Positions 33,374 to 44,047 of a stretch of 64,000 bases of DNA are shown one piece after another (positions within the stretch are counted from its first letter, which is position 1; the number at the start of each line of letters is the position of its first letter). The notes beneath the pieces are model-generated. The model was given only the letters and a program-made list of their open reading frames with translations. It made no database searches and was not told where the DNA came from. Origin of the DNA: Minutocellus sp. GHC0000111 (taxonomy: Eukaryota); the NCBI GenBank assembly GCA_977018835.1, contig OZ361257.1, forward strand, positions 2,604,001 through 2,668,000. Direction: 5' to 3'. A program made the translations under genes and the position numbers.

Positions 33374-34267
33374 ATGAAGCTAGTCACCGCATGCCTCCTT
33401 GCCTCCATTGCCCTTGCCGCGGGCACAACCGAAGACGGCTCCCTCCGAGGTGGCAGCGACTTGACCGGAGTTGAGCGCAAACTTGCGAACGCTTGTGCCA
33501 ACTCGGATGTGAAATTCGATACCTACTCTGGAGAAGAGTGTTACAGCCGCTGTGCTTGCCAGGCCTGTGAAGAGCGAGGGGGGTGTGTGTGCTGCGCTGC
33601 CAGCTGCAACCCCCAGGTGAGTTCTCTGGCGCCAACCAATTGTCCGGTCGACTCGACTCGCACATGCTGTCGTGAGCTTCCCCCGCCGTATGAGTCAATC
33701 AATGGTAGGAATATACCTATTCAACCATTATCCTTTGCTTTCTCAAATTTCATTTTTTCAAATTTTGCAGTGCAACCCCAACAATCCTCCCTGTGCTGAC
33801 GGTCAAGTGCACAAGTGGTGCTACGACAAGGACCTATGCAAAAAGTGCAAGAAGAAGGGAGAGTGCTGCACGGAGGTTTGCGGTTTTTATCACTGCGATA
33901 AAGATCTGCCACCCTGCGAGGGCCTTGCTTCGCCAACATTGACGATTGTCAGGAAGAAGTCCAGTGCCCCCTCGGCTGTGGAACCGGCTGCGCCCAGGAA
34001 GGGACGGCGGCTTGCCACAAGTGCTGCCGTGACAAGCATCCCGCATTCGGGGCCTCGTGCGAGGTTGACGTCCGTCAATCATGCAAGAACGAGGTAAGGA
34101 GGTTCGGTAGATATATCAGTTCTATATAACTTTGGCATAGTTCTTACATATAAGATTCCCCCCCCCCCCACACACACACACACATATTTTCCTCATTGCA
34201 GTGCAATCAGGTGTACAATACTCTTGGTTGCTCCTTCAAATTGGATGTATTGATCCATTTTCTGTGA
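33374..34267 (+). CDS. Small secreted cysteine-rich protein (3 exons; probable 1-nt deletion at ~33923)
   Basis: Signal peptide MKLVTACLLASIALA and pro-region SLRGG...ERKL. Introns 33617-33770 and ~34094-34201 (GT-AG). Cys-dense exons. Adding one C at GGCC restores a Cys-rich frame (GPCFANIDDCQEEVQCPLGCGTGC...). Confidence 0.65.
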
Positions 34268-34361
34268 CATGTCAGTAATCTTCTCCATCGTAAAGATGAA
34301 TAAAATGAATTAGTGAACTTTTACATTGAGATTCGTTTCACCTTCTACTGCGAATTCGATT

Positions 34362-35405
34362 TTATGGGATACTGTATGGCGAAGGCAGTCCCCAGCTACC
34401 ACCATCTGTCTTTTGTAGGGCCCCAAGTCTAGCCGTGTCTTCGTTGTCCAGCTCGAAAGTCACCGCTCTCACGTTGGATCTAATGCGTTCCTCCGACGAA
34501 CTCAAGAATATTGGGGCGATTCCCTGTTGAATAATGTGACGAAGAGCAACCTGTCCTGGTGTCTTGCTGTGCTTTTCGGCAACTGATCGAACCACTGGAT
34601 CTTCCAACATTGAATTTACCCCTCGACCGAATGGCGAATATGCCTGAACTACAATGCCGTTGTCTTGACAGTACTTGATGATTCCATCATGACGGATATA
34701 GATTGACGTTTCCAATTGATTCACCATGGGTCTGTATTTCACCCCGTCTTCCATCAAGTGTTCCAAATGAGTCTCTGTGAAATTCGACACGCCTATTGCA
34801 CGTGCCCAGCCGATCTCATAGAATTCCTCCAATACTTTCCATGCCGCCATTCGTTTTGCCCTCTTCGCCAGATCGATATCGACAACAGCTGCAGTAGTAT
34901 TTCCCTCGTCACCCCCTTCTCTGCGATCTTCGTTTGGGCTCAGACCGCCTCCAGTCCCCGGCCAATGCAGCAGCATGAGATCGACATATCCGACTCCAAG
35001 TTCGGAGAGGCACCGCTGAAAGTGACTTCTCACGGCATCAGCAACCTGATCGACGCTCATGTCGTCCATGTGAAGCGCCGAATCATCGGTGGCGAATGAG
35101 GGGGCAGGAGGATGGTACACTTTGCTCGTCAAAAATACATCTTGTCGACGCAAGCGCCCACCCGAAAACCACTGACCCAAAACCCGAGCAATGTGAGGCT
35201 GGGTACGGTACAGAAGCGCAGTGTCGATGTGGCGGATCCCTGCTGTCAGGGCCAGGTTTACAGAACGCGACGAGTCTTCGGGCAGAAACCCAACGAATTT
35301 AGGATTGTGAGGGTTCGCTCCTGGCTCGGCACATAAAGGTGCGGTACCGAGAGCGAGAAGGGGCATTCGCACGCCGTTGGATAGCTCAATGGTTGGTTCC
35401 GCCAT
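34362..35405 (-). CDS. Aldo/keto reductase
   Basis: LSNGVRMP, GIRHIDTALLY, VFLTSKV, YVDLMLLHWP, AIGVSNF, VNQLE, QAYSPFG. Confidence 0.95.
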   Translation of the reverse strand: MAEPTIELSNGVRMPLLALGTAPLCAEPGANPHNPKFVGFLPEDSSRSVNLALTAGIRHIDTALLYRTQPHIARVLGQWFSGGRLRRQDVFLTSKVYHPPAPSFATDDSALHMDDMSVDQVADAVRSHFQRCLSELGVGYVDLMLLHWPGTGGGLSPNEDRREGGDEGNTTAAVVDIDLAKRAKRMAAWKVLEEFYEIGWARAIGVSNFTETHLEHLMEDGVKYRPMVNQLETSIYIRHDGIIKYCQDNGIVVQAYSPFGRGVNSMLEDPVVRSVAEKHSKTPGQVALRHIIQQGIAPIFLSSSEERIRSNVRAVTFELDNEDTARLGALQKTDGGSWGLPSPYSIP

Positions 35406-35680
35406 GGGGTAGAGTTGGTATCTATCTCCACCCTGCTTTGACTCTTGCCCTCAACAAAAGATACAGTGCAAGGTACCTCATGGAAAAACGGGGTGATGAT
35501 TTCTGCGTCAGCACGCCACGCGAGAAAAAGCGGCGACGACGATCGCGATGCGATGGCCAACCCATCGATCGTAGCTGCCACCTCATAGTAGCGTCTCGAG
35601 GAGCAGGATCGAAGTCAGCAGTGAGCGGCGTTGGGAAGTTTCCAATTATTTGTTTGCTTCAACTGAATTACTTTGCCACG

Positions 35681-37855
35681 ATGAGATTCGCCCGCTTCGC
35701 CTTTCTGGCGCATCTTGTGTCGTCGTCGTCGGTCGCCAATGCGTTCGTGGCACCCAAGCCAACTGCCGGTACGACCGGCGGCACCGGTGCCTCGGCACGA
35801 TCGTCGTCCGCCCTGACTGCCCCGTCGGCACGGTCGGCTGACTCATCGCCCACTTCCCTCGCGGCTCTGCCCGATGCGACGGTGTCTGATTTGGCATCCT
35901 CCCTCCTCCTCTCGTCGGACGTCGATACCGGCTCTCTGACCACGTACTTCCTCGAGCAGCTCATCGCCAGCGGCGTCCCGGCGTTGTTTTGGATCGTCGT
36001 CATCGGTTTTGCCGGCAAGACCATCGCCAGTGCCGCCAAGGAGGACCGCGAGGAGCGCTTCGGCGGCCCCGGCGGTGCCGTCCAGGAACTCTACGACGAT
36101 CTGTACACCGACGGCAAGGGCGGAAGTTCGCCCTTTGGTGGTCCCGGTGGCTTTGGTGGTTCGAGGCGCAAGTCCTCCAAGAAGAACTTGGGCATTCCCT
36201 CCAAGGAATACATCAAGGTGACGAGGCTCAATGATCGGTACGACTCGTACGGATACTCTGTCACTTCGGCAACGGAATCCAAGGCCCTGGCGGCCGCCAA
36301 ACTGCGCAGCTCCAACTTCGATCGGGCGCTGAGCCGATCGATCGCCAGTGGACTCACACCCCTAACCCCCGGCGAGAAGACCGATTTGATCCGGGTGGAG
36401 AAGGAACTGCTGACCATCGGTGGGCAGTTGGTCGCCGAAATGGCATCGCTGCAGCGCAAGATGACCGACACCGTCGTCACCGAAGAGATGAAGAGCATGG
36501 GCGTGGAGGTTGGTGAATTGGATGCCGAGGGTGATGGAGGAGAGTACGTCCCCGCGAAGGAGGACGAGGGCATCATCGTCGATGCTGTCATCGAGGAGAA
36601 GAATGGAGAGGTCGCTTCAAATGACACCGAAACCAGCGCAGGACGTGAGGGCAAGTCGAAGAAGGCCGAGGTGAAGAAGGATGGACTCAAGTCGATGCTC
36701 AAGTCTCGCAGTCTCAAGAGTGATTTGAATGAGCTGTCCAAGCTCAATACCGAAGTGACCAAGCTGGAGCTGGCCTTTGTCAGGTCCGTCATTGAAATCT
36801 TGGGCCCCGAGCGTGCCAATGCCGTCCGTGCCGCTATTCTGGGCAATGAATTCGGTGGTACCGCCGCCGCGGGTACTCTGCTCAAGAGTCTGCAGGAACG
36901 CCCTCTCAAGAGTGTGCTTACGAGCTTGGGATACAATGATGGTGAGGCCGATGGCCGTAAGAAGTCGTTGTTTGTCTGTGAGTTCCCCGGTGATGTGACC
37001 GCATCGCAAGTTTCTGAATTGCGCGAGGAAGTCACCGCTATTGTCCGTTCAGCCAAGCCGGGGGATGAAGCACTCGTGGTCCTTCAGTCTGGAGGTGGAA
37101 CCGTTACTGGCTATGGGCTAGCTGCGAGCCAGCTTGCAAGATTCAAGGAGGCCAGTATGAAGCTCACCATCTGTGTGGAACAGGTTGCCGCTTCTGGCGG
37201 CTACATGATGGCATGCACAGCTGATAAAATTGTTGCCTCGCCCTTCGCGGTGCTCGGATCCATTGGTGTTATTTCTGACGTCCCGAATGCATACGAGCGT
37301 TTGCTTCGAGAGGGAATCGAATTCCAGACAATCACCGCTGGCAAATACAAACGAACTGTTACGCCAACCAAGAAGATTACGAAAGAAGATATCAAGAAAA
37401 GCAAGGAGGATGTTGAGGATATTCTCAAACTGTTCAAGACCTTTGTTCATAGCAACCGGCCGCAGCTCGATATTGACAAGGTTGCCACTGGCGAGACTTG
37501 GTTCGGGACGGATGCTCTCGATCGGGGACTTTGTGATGAAATCGCGACGGCCGATGATATTCTTGGTCAGTATGTTGATGCCGGTTATGATGTTTTCGAT
37601 GTCAAGTACGAGCCGGAGCCCGAGCTGGGGCCTGGTCTTCTCTCGGCTTTGCCAGTTGGCCAGAGTAATGGAAATGGTGGTCTTGTCCAGGGCCTTGTCA
37701 GTTGGGCTTTCCGAAGTGTCGCCCCCGCTGCAAAGGAGGCTATCGAAGAGGAAGTCAGACGGACGGCCATGGAGCAGGGTGGCGGCAATGTCTCTAAGAG
37801 GTATATGATGAAAGATCCTTCCAACCCGGTTGAGAGAATCCGAGCTCAGGACTAG
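35681..37855 (+). CDS. Plastid-targeted SohB-like peptidase (family S49)
   Basis: Signal peptide ending ANA-F, then a Ser/Thr/Ala transit peptide. Motifs FPGDVTASQV, LREEVTAI, SGGGTVTGYGLAA, VAASGGYMMAC, GSIGV, TAGKYKRT, ATGETWFG. Confidence 0.9.
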   Translation: MRFARFAFLAHLVSSSSVANAFVAPKPTAGTTGGTGASARSSSALTAPSARSADSSPTSLAALPDATVSDLASSLLLSSDVDTGSLTTYFLEQLIASGVPALFWIVVIGFAGKTIASAAKEDREERFGGPGGAVQELYDDLYTDGKGGSSPFGGPGGFGGSRRKSSKKNLGIPSKEYIKVTRLNDRYDSYGYSVTSATESKALAAAKLRSSNFDRALSRSIASGLTPLTPGEKTDLIRVEKELLTIGGQLVAEMASLQRKMTDTVVTEEMKSMGVEVGELDAEGDGGEYVPAKEDEGIIVDAVIEEKNGEVASNDTETSAGREGKSKKAEVKKDGLKSMLKSRSLKSDLNELSKLNTEVTKLELAFVRSVIEILGPERANAVRAAILGNEFGGTAAAGTLLKSLQERPLKSVLTSLGYNDGEADGRKKSLFVCEFPGDVTASQVSELREEVTAIVRSAKPGDEALVVLQSGGGTVTGYGLAASQLARFKEASMKLTICVEQVAASGGYMMACTADKIVASPFAVLGSIGVISDVPNAYERLLREGIEFQTITAGKYKRTVTPTKKITKEDIKKSKEDVEDILKLFKTFVHSNRPQLDIDKVATGETWFGTDALDRGLCDEIATADDILGQYVDAGYDVFDVKYEPEPELGPGLLSALPVGQSNGNGGLVQGLVSWAFRSVAPAAKEAIEEEVRRTAMEQGGGNVSKRYMMKDPSNPVERIRAQD

Positions 37856-38275
37856 CTACGTAGAGACTAAAAGGCTGCATTACTGGTTGGGCTAAACGAT
37901 AAAGTAGATTTTCAATTTGATTGAACGCTATTTTCATAACAACAACCCACGAACTTCTGGGCATGCGGCAATACATGTACCGCCCACCACAGACACGGAT
38001 GGACGGACAGAGCGTTCTGGGAAAATCTCTGCGGTCTCCAAGTCTGCAGCCACAGCCGCAGAAGCAAAGCAAAACAGATCAGTCACTGCATAATAAAAGC
38101 AGCGAAGCAACAACCCGGCATCAACCGTAGTCGGGCAGTCACTGTCATCCTTTTCATCGAGTCTTTGTCGTTCGTGCAGCCAAGCAAGTTAGCTTGTTTG
38201 CCGTCCTTGCCGTTTTTCTTCAAGTTTTTGTTTTAGTCCGTGCGTCACCGACTACGGTACAAACCAACAGACATC

Positions 38276-38503
38276 ATGCCCACCAACAAAGAGGACGAGG
38301 AACCGATATGCATCGACTGTGACAAAAAGACACAGAAGGATTTGCCGTCGGATGATGCAACGAGTTCGGAGGGCGCCCCGTGTCAGGCGGCGTATAAAGA
38401 TGTGACCGATTGCATGGCGAAAAACAATGGGCAGATTGGCCCTTGCACGAGGGAATGGACAGCATTCAAAAAATGTCATGAGAAGGAGAAAATAACGCGA
38501 TGA
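38276..38503 (+). CDS. Twin CX9C (CHCH) mitochondrial intermembrane-space-type protein
   Basis: CQAAYKDVTDC and CTREWTAFKKC are two C-X9-C motifs in a 75-aa protein. Confidence 0.8.
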   Translation: MPTNKEDEEPICIDCDKKTQKDLPSDDATSSEGAPCQAAYKDVTDCMAKNNGQIGPCTREWTAFKKCHEKEKITR

Positions 38504-38629
38504 TAAGGCGAGAATGATTACTTTTGCCGTGTGCGTAGATTTGGTAGCCGATGGGTCGAGTCGGCTTATACTGAGTGATACCTTTAGCACTAAATTTTAC
38601 ATACATTGCAACAAAATCACCATGAAGCT

Positions 38630-39943
38630 CTACGAGGACCAGCAATTTGATTGGCAGCATTCGCCGCAGTGTGCAGCGGACCATCCACACCAACCCCATT
38701 GCGAACAGCATGAGCCGTAGTCACAATCAATGCCAGGTCCGCAGGTGTTGGTGTCAGTGCGACAGTGATTCTGGGAGCTGTCGCTATCTTCTGAGCCCAT
38801 GGCATCTTGGATGGCACCTGCCACGGCACTAGCGTTATGAATCGCTCCCTCTAAAGGTGTGTCGGCGTTATCGCCTCCGTCTCCTAAAGAATCGTCCATT
38901 TCGTCCTCGAATTCAAAGAGATCACCATTTGATGGGAGGATGGTTACTTCAACGCAGTTCCTTTGTAGATAGTTTTAGAAGCAGAATGCAGCACAAAAAT
39001 AAGATGAGAGAAATATAAGAAGTCAATAGAGAGCGAGGTATACAACGTAGCGTACCAACGGCACTCACCAGAACCTCTCTGGCACTGTAGATCCTGTATC
39101 GTCAAAGGTATCGCTGTTGCACATCCCCGTGCTTCCATAATTCCAACCCATATTATAGAAATACTGTTCGTATCCCTCAGACTGGCACGAATTGGCCGTA
39201 AAGTATCGCCACTGCAGCAAAACTCGCTCACCGACGAGATTGTTGGGCAAACGAAAGCGGTGGGTGTATAAGTTACCTCGATCAGAAGTAGTTCCGAGAT
39301 ATGCTCGTTCTGGGGAGATTTTAGATGAGAGAGAGAGAGAGAGAGAGAATGTTGGTTGTTATTAATAGGGCACGATATGGATATCCAGGTTTTGCGAAAA
39401 TAGATAAGAAAATGTCACAAAGTTTGGTTAGACATCAGATTAGGCCTTAGAGAGGCGGCCTCATGCTTTTCATAAAATTTCGGTCGCGAGCCGAACCTAG
39501 GAAAATCCTCCTATACACATGAGTAGTCTCTCACCTGGATATTGTGGGTCTCTTTCGTGCCCTCCATCCCGGTACTGGAGTTTGTTCGTGCTGAAGCATT
39601 TCTGAGTCGGTTCGTCGTCGGCACAAGCACCAATCTCAATGTGTCCCCCGTGATATGCCGTCAGCCGTGACGTTATCTCGATGGTTTGCCCAGCCCGATA
39701 TGTAGCCTCGGATATCCATTCGTTGAGAAAGGTATCGTAATTCTTCCCATTGGCCCCACATAGACCGGAGCCATACTCGTTGCTGGCCGATGACTTCCGA
39801 TTCAAGGACATGTGATCATAGTCTCTGCTTTCCTGCTTCGCGCGATAATTCCTTGATCTTGGACTTTCCACATATCCATGCGAGGCTGCACCAAGCAAAA
39901 AATTGGAAAGTAGCACAAATCGAAGAAATGGCACAGACATCAT
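38630..39943 (-). CDS. Secreted AA15-like lytic polysaccharide monooxygenase with a C-terminal hevein/CBM18 chitin-binding domain (3 exons)
   Basis: Signal peptide followed by His1 (AAS|HGYVESPRSRN), TAYHGG, LQWRYFTANSC and PERFWNCVEV. Exons 39943-39535, 39309-39069 and 38960-38630 splice in frame. C-terminal CG...CCSQWGWCG...HCG..CQSNC. Confidence 0.85.
39327..39348. repeat. (GA)11 microsatellite in an LPMO intron
   Basis: Directly visible; it forms the polypyrimidine tract on the minus strand. Confidence 0.9.
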
Positions 39944-40653
39944 CTTTTGTCGGTGGGAGGAAATGATATGTCTGCCTTCCATGGCCGCGGTCTCTTCCAT
40001 TCGAAGCAAAGCAGACTTGTGAAGGTCAAAAGTGGAGTGGCTATTCCTCTGCCTTTTCATTCTTGTCCGCACCCACGCCACGACTGCTGTTGGATCGGCG
40101 CCCAACGAGAAAAAGTGCGGTCCGGGCAAAATCGTCAGGTCATGCGAGTTGACTCGTGGTTTGGACTCGCTCGACTGCAATGGGACACGGCTGGCAAATC
40201 CGACAAGAGAGCGTCGAGGAGGCTCAACTCAACAGCATCAATTCTACACGCAGAATACCGGCCCATGTAATCAGTTTGCGTCTATTAGTTGGGTTAAAAT
40301 ATAAATAAGTTGCGAGTAGGATACAGCCTCGTATCTCACTCGTTGGGGGGGTGGGCGATGGCCGCTTCATCATCCTCGACTCTTGAAAAATCGAGAATAT
40401 TCTTCTGGACCTAGGTTGTAGTCCGGTAGCATCTTGAACCTTGGCGACTCGCAGTTATTGGGCGAGCCTTAAGGATGATCTTGATGAAGCGTTGGTGATT
40501 TGGGGGTGGAGTTATTATTGTACACTGGTTGGACGGGGAAAGGGGGGGGACGAGTAGCAAATTGGAAACACATGGAACGAAAGCGACAAGCCGAAGGGTT
40601 GTCCTTCAGCATCGATGGATGTCACATAAATGTAGCGATCGGTGAAATCAAAG

Positions 40654-43080
40654 CTATTGCATCACCAGATCGTAGATCTTGACGTATCCCCGCTCGTCGG
40701 TTCCGCCGTACGGGCTGCCGACGGCCAGCCTATGGCCGTCGGCGCTCAGGGCCAGGGTGGCACCGCTGGCATCCAGAACAATGTCCTCGCCGACAATGTG
40801 CCAATCGCCCGTCGCATCGTCGTACCGGTACACCCGGACGTAGGCCTCCTCGGCGTCGTATCCCCCCCAGTCCTCGTTGGAGTCGTCGAAGCGCTCCTGG
40901 TCCTGGTCCTGCAACCTCCGTCGGCGGAGGGGGGGTCCCCGTTGGGAGGCATCGGTTCCGGGGATCGACGTCCCCTCGGCCCCGCCGGTGAAGCCCCCCC
41001 CGGCACCGTCGAGGGCGGCCTCGCCTCCGTACCCCGCCCCGCCGACGGCGACGGTGTTGCCGTCCCCGCTGAGGGCGAGGGCGGTGGTGCCCGCCACCCC
41101 GTCGGAGGTCGGGCCGATGCTGACGCCCTTGCGGTTCCACCACCCGCCGGTGGAGGAATCGCGGTACTCCATCACGCTGACCTCGCGCGTCTCGGTGTTG
41201 GTGCAGTCGGTCAGGGTGGGGTCGGTGTTCTTGAAGATGTGGCAGTCGGGAAGGCTGATGGCGGCTGTGCGACCGTTGCCCGACAGGGCCGAATGGCTCG
41301 AGATGAAGTCCGGGAAGGCGTTCTTCACCTGCCACCGTCCGCTGCCGAGGGCATTCTCGTACACCCGGCCGCTGAAGACCAGGGTCGATCCATCGCCGCT
41401 CAGCTCAATGCTGAAATCAAAGTCATACGCGCCCAGCACATCGTACTCCTGCACCCACTGTCCCTGGGCGCCAAAGTCCATCAGCTCGAACACGGAGGCG
41501 ACGCTGGGACAGATGCGGCAGATGGAATCGGGATAGTGCGCCACGGCCAGGGTGGATCCGTCGTCGCTGAGGCTGACGGCGCGAGCCCCCCAAATGTCGA
41601 TGATGCGGGTACCATAGACGCTCCACGAGTTGGTGGCCGGGACGTATCTATACGTGGTCACGATGGATTCGGTGGAGTCGGCCACGGCCACCTTTTGTCC
41701 GTCTCCGGACATGGAGGCGACCTTGCCCGGGAGGGGGGTGCCGAGGGGGGTCCAATTTCGACCCTCGGACAGATTGAGCTGGTAGATCTGGACGGTGGAG
41801 GAGGCGGCCGAGGAGATGGCGAGGTGGTACCCGTCGGAGGAGAAGGACACGGCCGATCCGACCGTGGCGAGGGACGGGTCGGCGAAGTGCGTGGCCGACA
41901 GCCAGATGGGGGTACCGGTTTCGGTAGTGCTTTCAGTGGTAGTTGCGGTGGTCGATCCACCCCCACCACCACCTCCCGTGATCCACGTGCCGGGCTTGGC
42001 ACCCGTCGACGACACGTACTCGGTGGTGCCCGCCTCGCCCTCCTGCTGCCCTTGCTGCTGGTTCTGCTCATCCTGCGGCGTCTGCCCGATGGGCACCATG
42101 TCCTCGTTCACCACCTCCGGCACCTCGTACTTGTCCCCGTCGTCGTAGTTCTGCTCGGCCTCCCACTTCTCCCACTCGCCGTCCCTGTCCTGGTCGACGT
42201 TCCCCCCGTGGCCGAAGGGGTTGCCGCCGTGGGCGCCTGCCGTGGCGGCGCCGCTGCCGTTGGCATTGGTGCTGGTTCTGCCGACGGACGCACCGACCGC
42301 GGCGCCGACGATGCACACCACCGCGACGGCCGCGGCCACCTGCATCCACCGGGTGTGCAGAAATCGAATCAGACAGGAATTGTGCTCGTTTCCATGGTGG
42401 TAGGCCCCATGATGGTCGTAGCTCTTGTCCATGTCCTTTCCTGGCGACGAGGTGGATACGGGAAAGTGCGCGGCGGAGGTGGGACTGCTGGCGGGGGCCA
42501 GGTTGGGATTGCCCGCGTGGTCGGTCGGGGCGTGCGCGCTGGAGGAGCTGAGGTCCACATCCCTCATGTTGGCGGCACCGCTGGAGGTGCTGACGCCGCT
42601 CACCTGCCTCACCAAACTGGCGGCCGACAGCTTCCGCCCGACGGAGCCCAGCGCCTTGGCCGCCGCCGAGGAGCGACGCCGCTCGGCGTGCAGGGTGGGG
42701 AGGGCGGACTCAATATCGCCGTGGCCGGAATGGACGAGGGAGTTGCGGCTCGACGGACGGGAGGAGGTGATTCCGTTGGGTCCGTGGATGGAATCGGTGA
42801 GGGCCAGGCTTTCCTCGCCGGCCGCCCCGTTCGTGGAAGACACCTCGACGCTGTCGCCGTCGGACGTGTAGTTGACGTCGGGGAAGGCGGGGGTGGCGCC
42901 GGTATTGTTGGAGGTGGGGGCCACGGGAGGACGGCCAGGACGGCCGGAGCCGGGGCCACCGCTGCCGGGACCGTGCCGGGAGCTGTGAAGGGCCCCGCCG
43001 TCGGTCCGGCGATTCAGCGAGGCGCGGAGGATGGCCGCCGCCTTGTTGTTGGTGTTGTTATTGCCGTGCTGGGACACCAT
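40654..43080 (-). CDS. Single-pass (type II-like) membrane protein with a C-terminal beta-propeller
   Basis: Disordered N-terminus, TM helix (VAAAVAVVCIVGAAVG), then repeated blades GSAVSFSSDG..LA, AVSLSDDGSTLAV, ALALSGDGNTVAVG, LALSADGHRLAVGSPY...GYVKIY. Confidence 0.8.
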   Translation of the reverse strand: MVSQHGNNNTNNKAAAILRASLNRRTDGGALHSSRHGPGSGGPGSGRPGRPPVAPTSNNTGATPAFPDVNYTSDGDSVEVSSTNGAAGEESLALTDSIHGPNGITSSRPSSRNSLVHSGHGDIESALPTLHAERRRSSAAAKALGSVGRKLSAASLVRQVSGVSTSSGAANMRDVDLSSSSAHAPTDHAGNPNLAPASSPTSAAHFPVSTSSPGKDMDKSYDHHGAYHHGNEHNSCLIRFLHTRWMQVAAAVAVVCIVGAAVGASVGRTSTNANGSGAATAGAHGGNPFGHGGNVDQDRDGEWEKWEAEQNYDDGDKYEVPEVVNEDMVPIGQTPQDEQNQQQGQQEGEAGTTEYVSSTGAKPGTWITGGGGGGGSTTATTTESTTETGTPIWLSATHFADPSLATVGSAVSFSSDGYHLAISSAASSTVQIYQLNLSEGRNWTPLGTPLPGKVASMSGDGQKVAVADSTESIVTTYRYVPATNSWSVYGTRIIDIWGARAVSLSDDGSTLAVAHYPDSICRICPSVASVFELMDFGAQGQWVQEYDVLGAYDFDFSIELSGDGSTLVFSGRVYENALGSGRWQVKNAFPDFISSHSALSGNGRTAAISLPDCHIFKNTDPTLTDCTNTETREVSVMEYRDSSTGGWWNRKGVSIGPTSDGVAGTTALALSGDGNTVAVGGAGYGGEAALDGAGGGFTGGAEGTSIPGTDASQRGPPLRRRRLQDQDQERFDDSNEDWGGYDAEEAYVRVYRYDDATGDWHIVGEDIVLDASGATLALSADGHRLAVGSPYGGTDERGYVKIYDLVMQ

Positions 43081-44047
43081 CTTCGTTGGGTATTGGTGGC
43101 AATATCGGTGCGGGTATGTATGTGTTTATTTGTGCCGTCTCTGCCTCCTCAAAAAGAACAGACGTATTCCAATTCAAATCGATCGAGGTGCGGTGCGGTG
43201 CGGGGCGGGGCGTGGGACCGAGCGTGCAAGGAGAAAAAACGAGAACACGAACGAAAACCCGAAAACGAGGTGCGCTCCGAATGTGTCACTGGAAACTACC
43301 GTCCGAGTGAAAGTAGTTTGGGGATATGCAATGATGCAATCGTATCGGTTATGCTCAACTGTCGCTGATGCCAGATCAACTGGAAACTAAACCAGGAGAT
43401 GCCGATCGTCACGGAATTTTCTCTCAGCGGTCCTGCTTGGCGTTCAAATTTTCGACCTGGGAAAAGAACGATTGCGTGGCGGCCAACTTTTCTCGCACGG
43501 ATCGGCACCCAGGTCCGCTGCCTGTGGTTGCGCGAGGTCGTGAGGGGTTGATAAAATATGCCAAATTGCATGTCAAAGTATGGCCTTTTGAAAACAATGC
43601 CTTATTTACCACATTCCAAAACCTCGCACCAATAGCAATTTCTTCGTCCGCATATCCGGCAATCCAAACCGTGTGTTGCCAACGGAATTTGCCTCACGGG
43701 CCTTTACTTGTTTCGAATTGTTCAGCCCTACCCCCCAGCCTCCCGTTCGCATCCGAACGAACTCCGACCACAGAAGGGGTCTCTACGTAGGAATCAGTAC
43801 AGGTCTACGGCACGCGAGCCTGCCGGGCCAGACGTGCCGATGCCGATGCCGTTTTTTTTTGCCCAACAGCACCCACACCACATCCGATCCGCAAAGCCAC
43901 CTCCGAGCATCGGAAGACGGAACCCAACTGCCAAGAGCCCCCGTACAGCACAGTGCTGCCAGCTTTGTCCCCAACAAGCTTTCATAATTTCATTCTCCGG
44001 GGGGATAAAACAGTACCGTCGTATCTTTGCATTTCCAATATACAACC

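Noticed and set aside
40642..43368. 908-aa plus-strand ORF
   Set aside because: Antisense shadow of the GC-rich beta-propeller gene. It has V/G/A-biased composition and no motifs.
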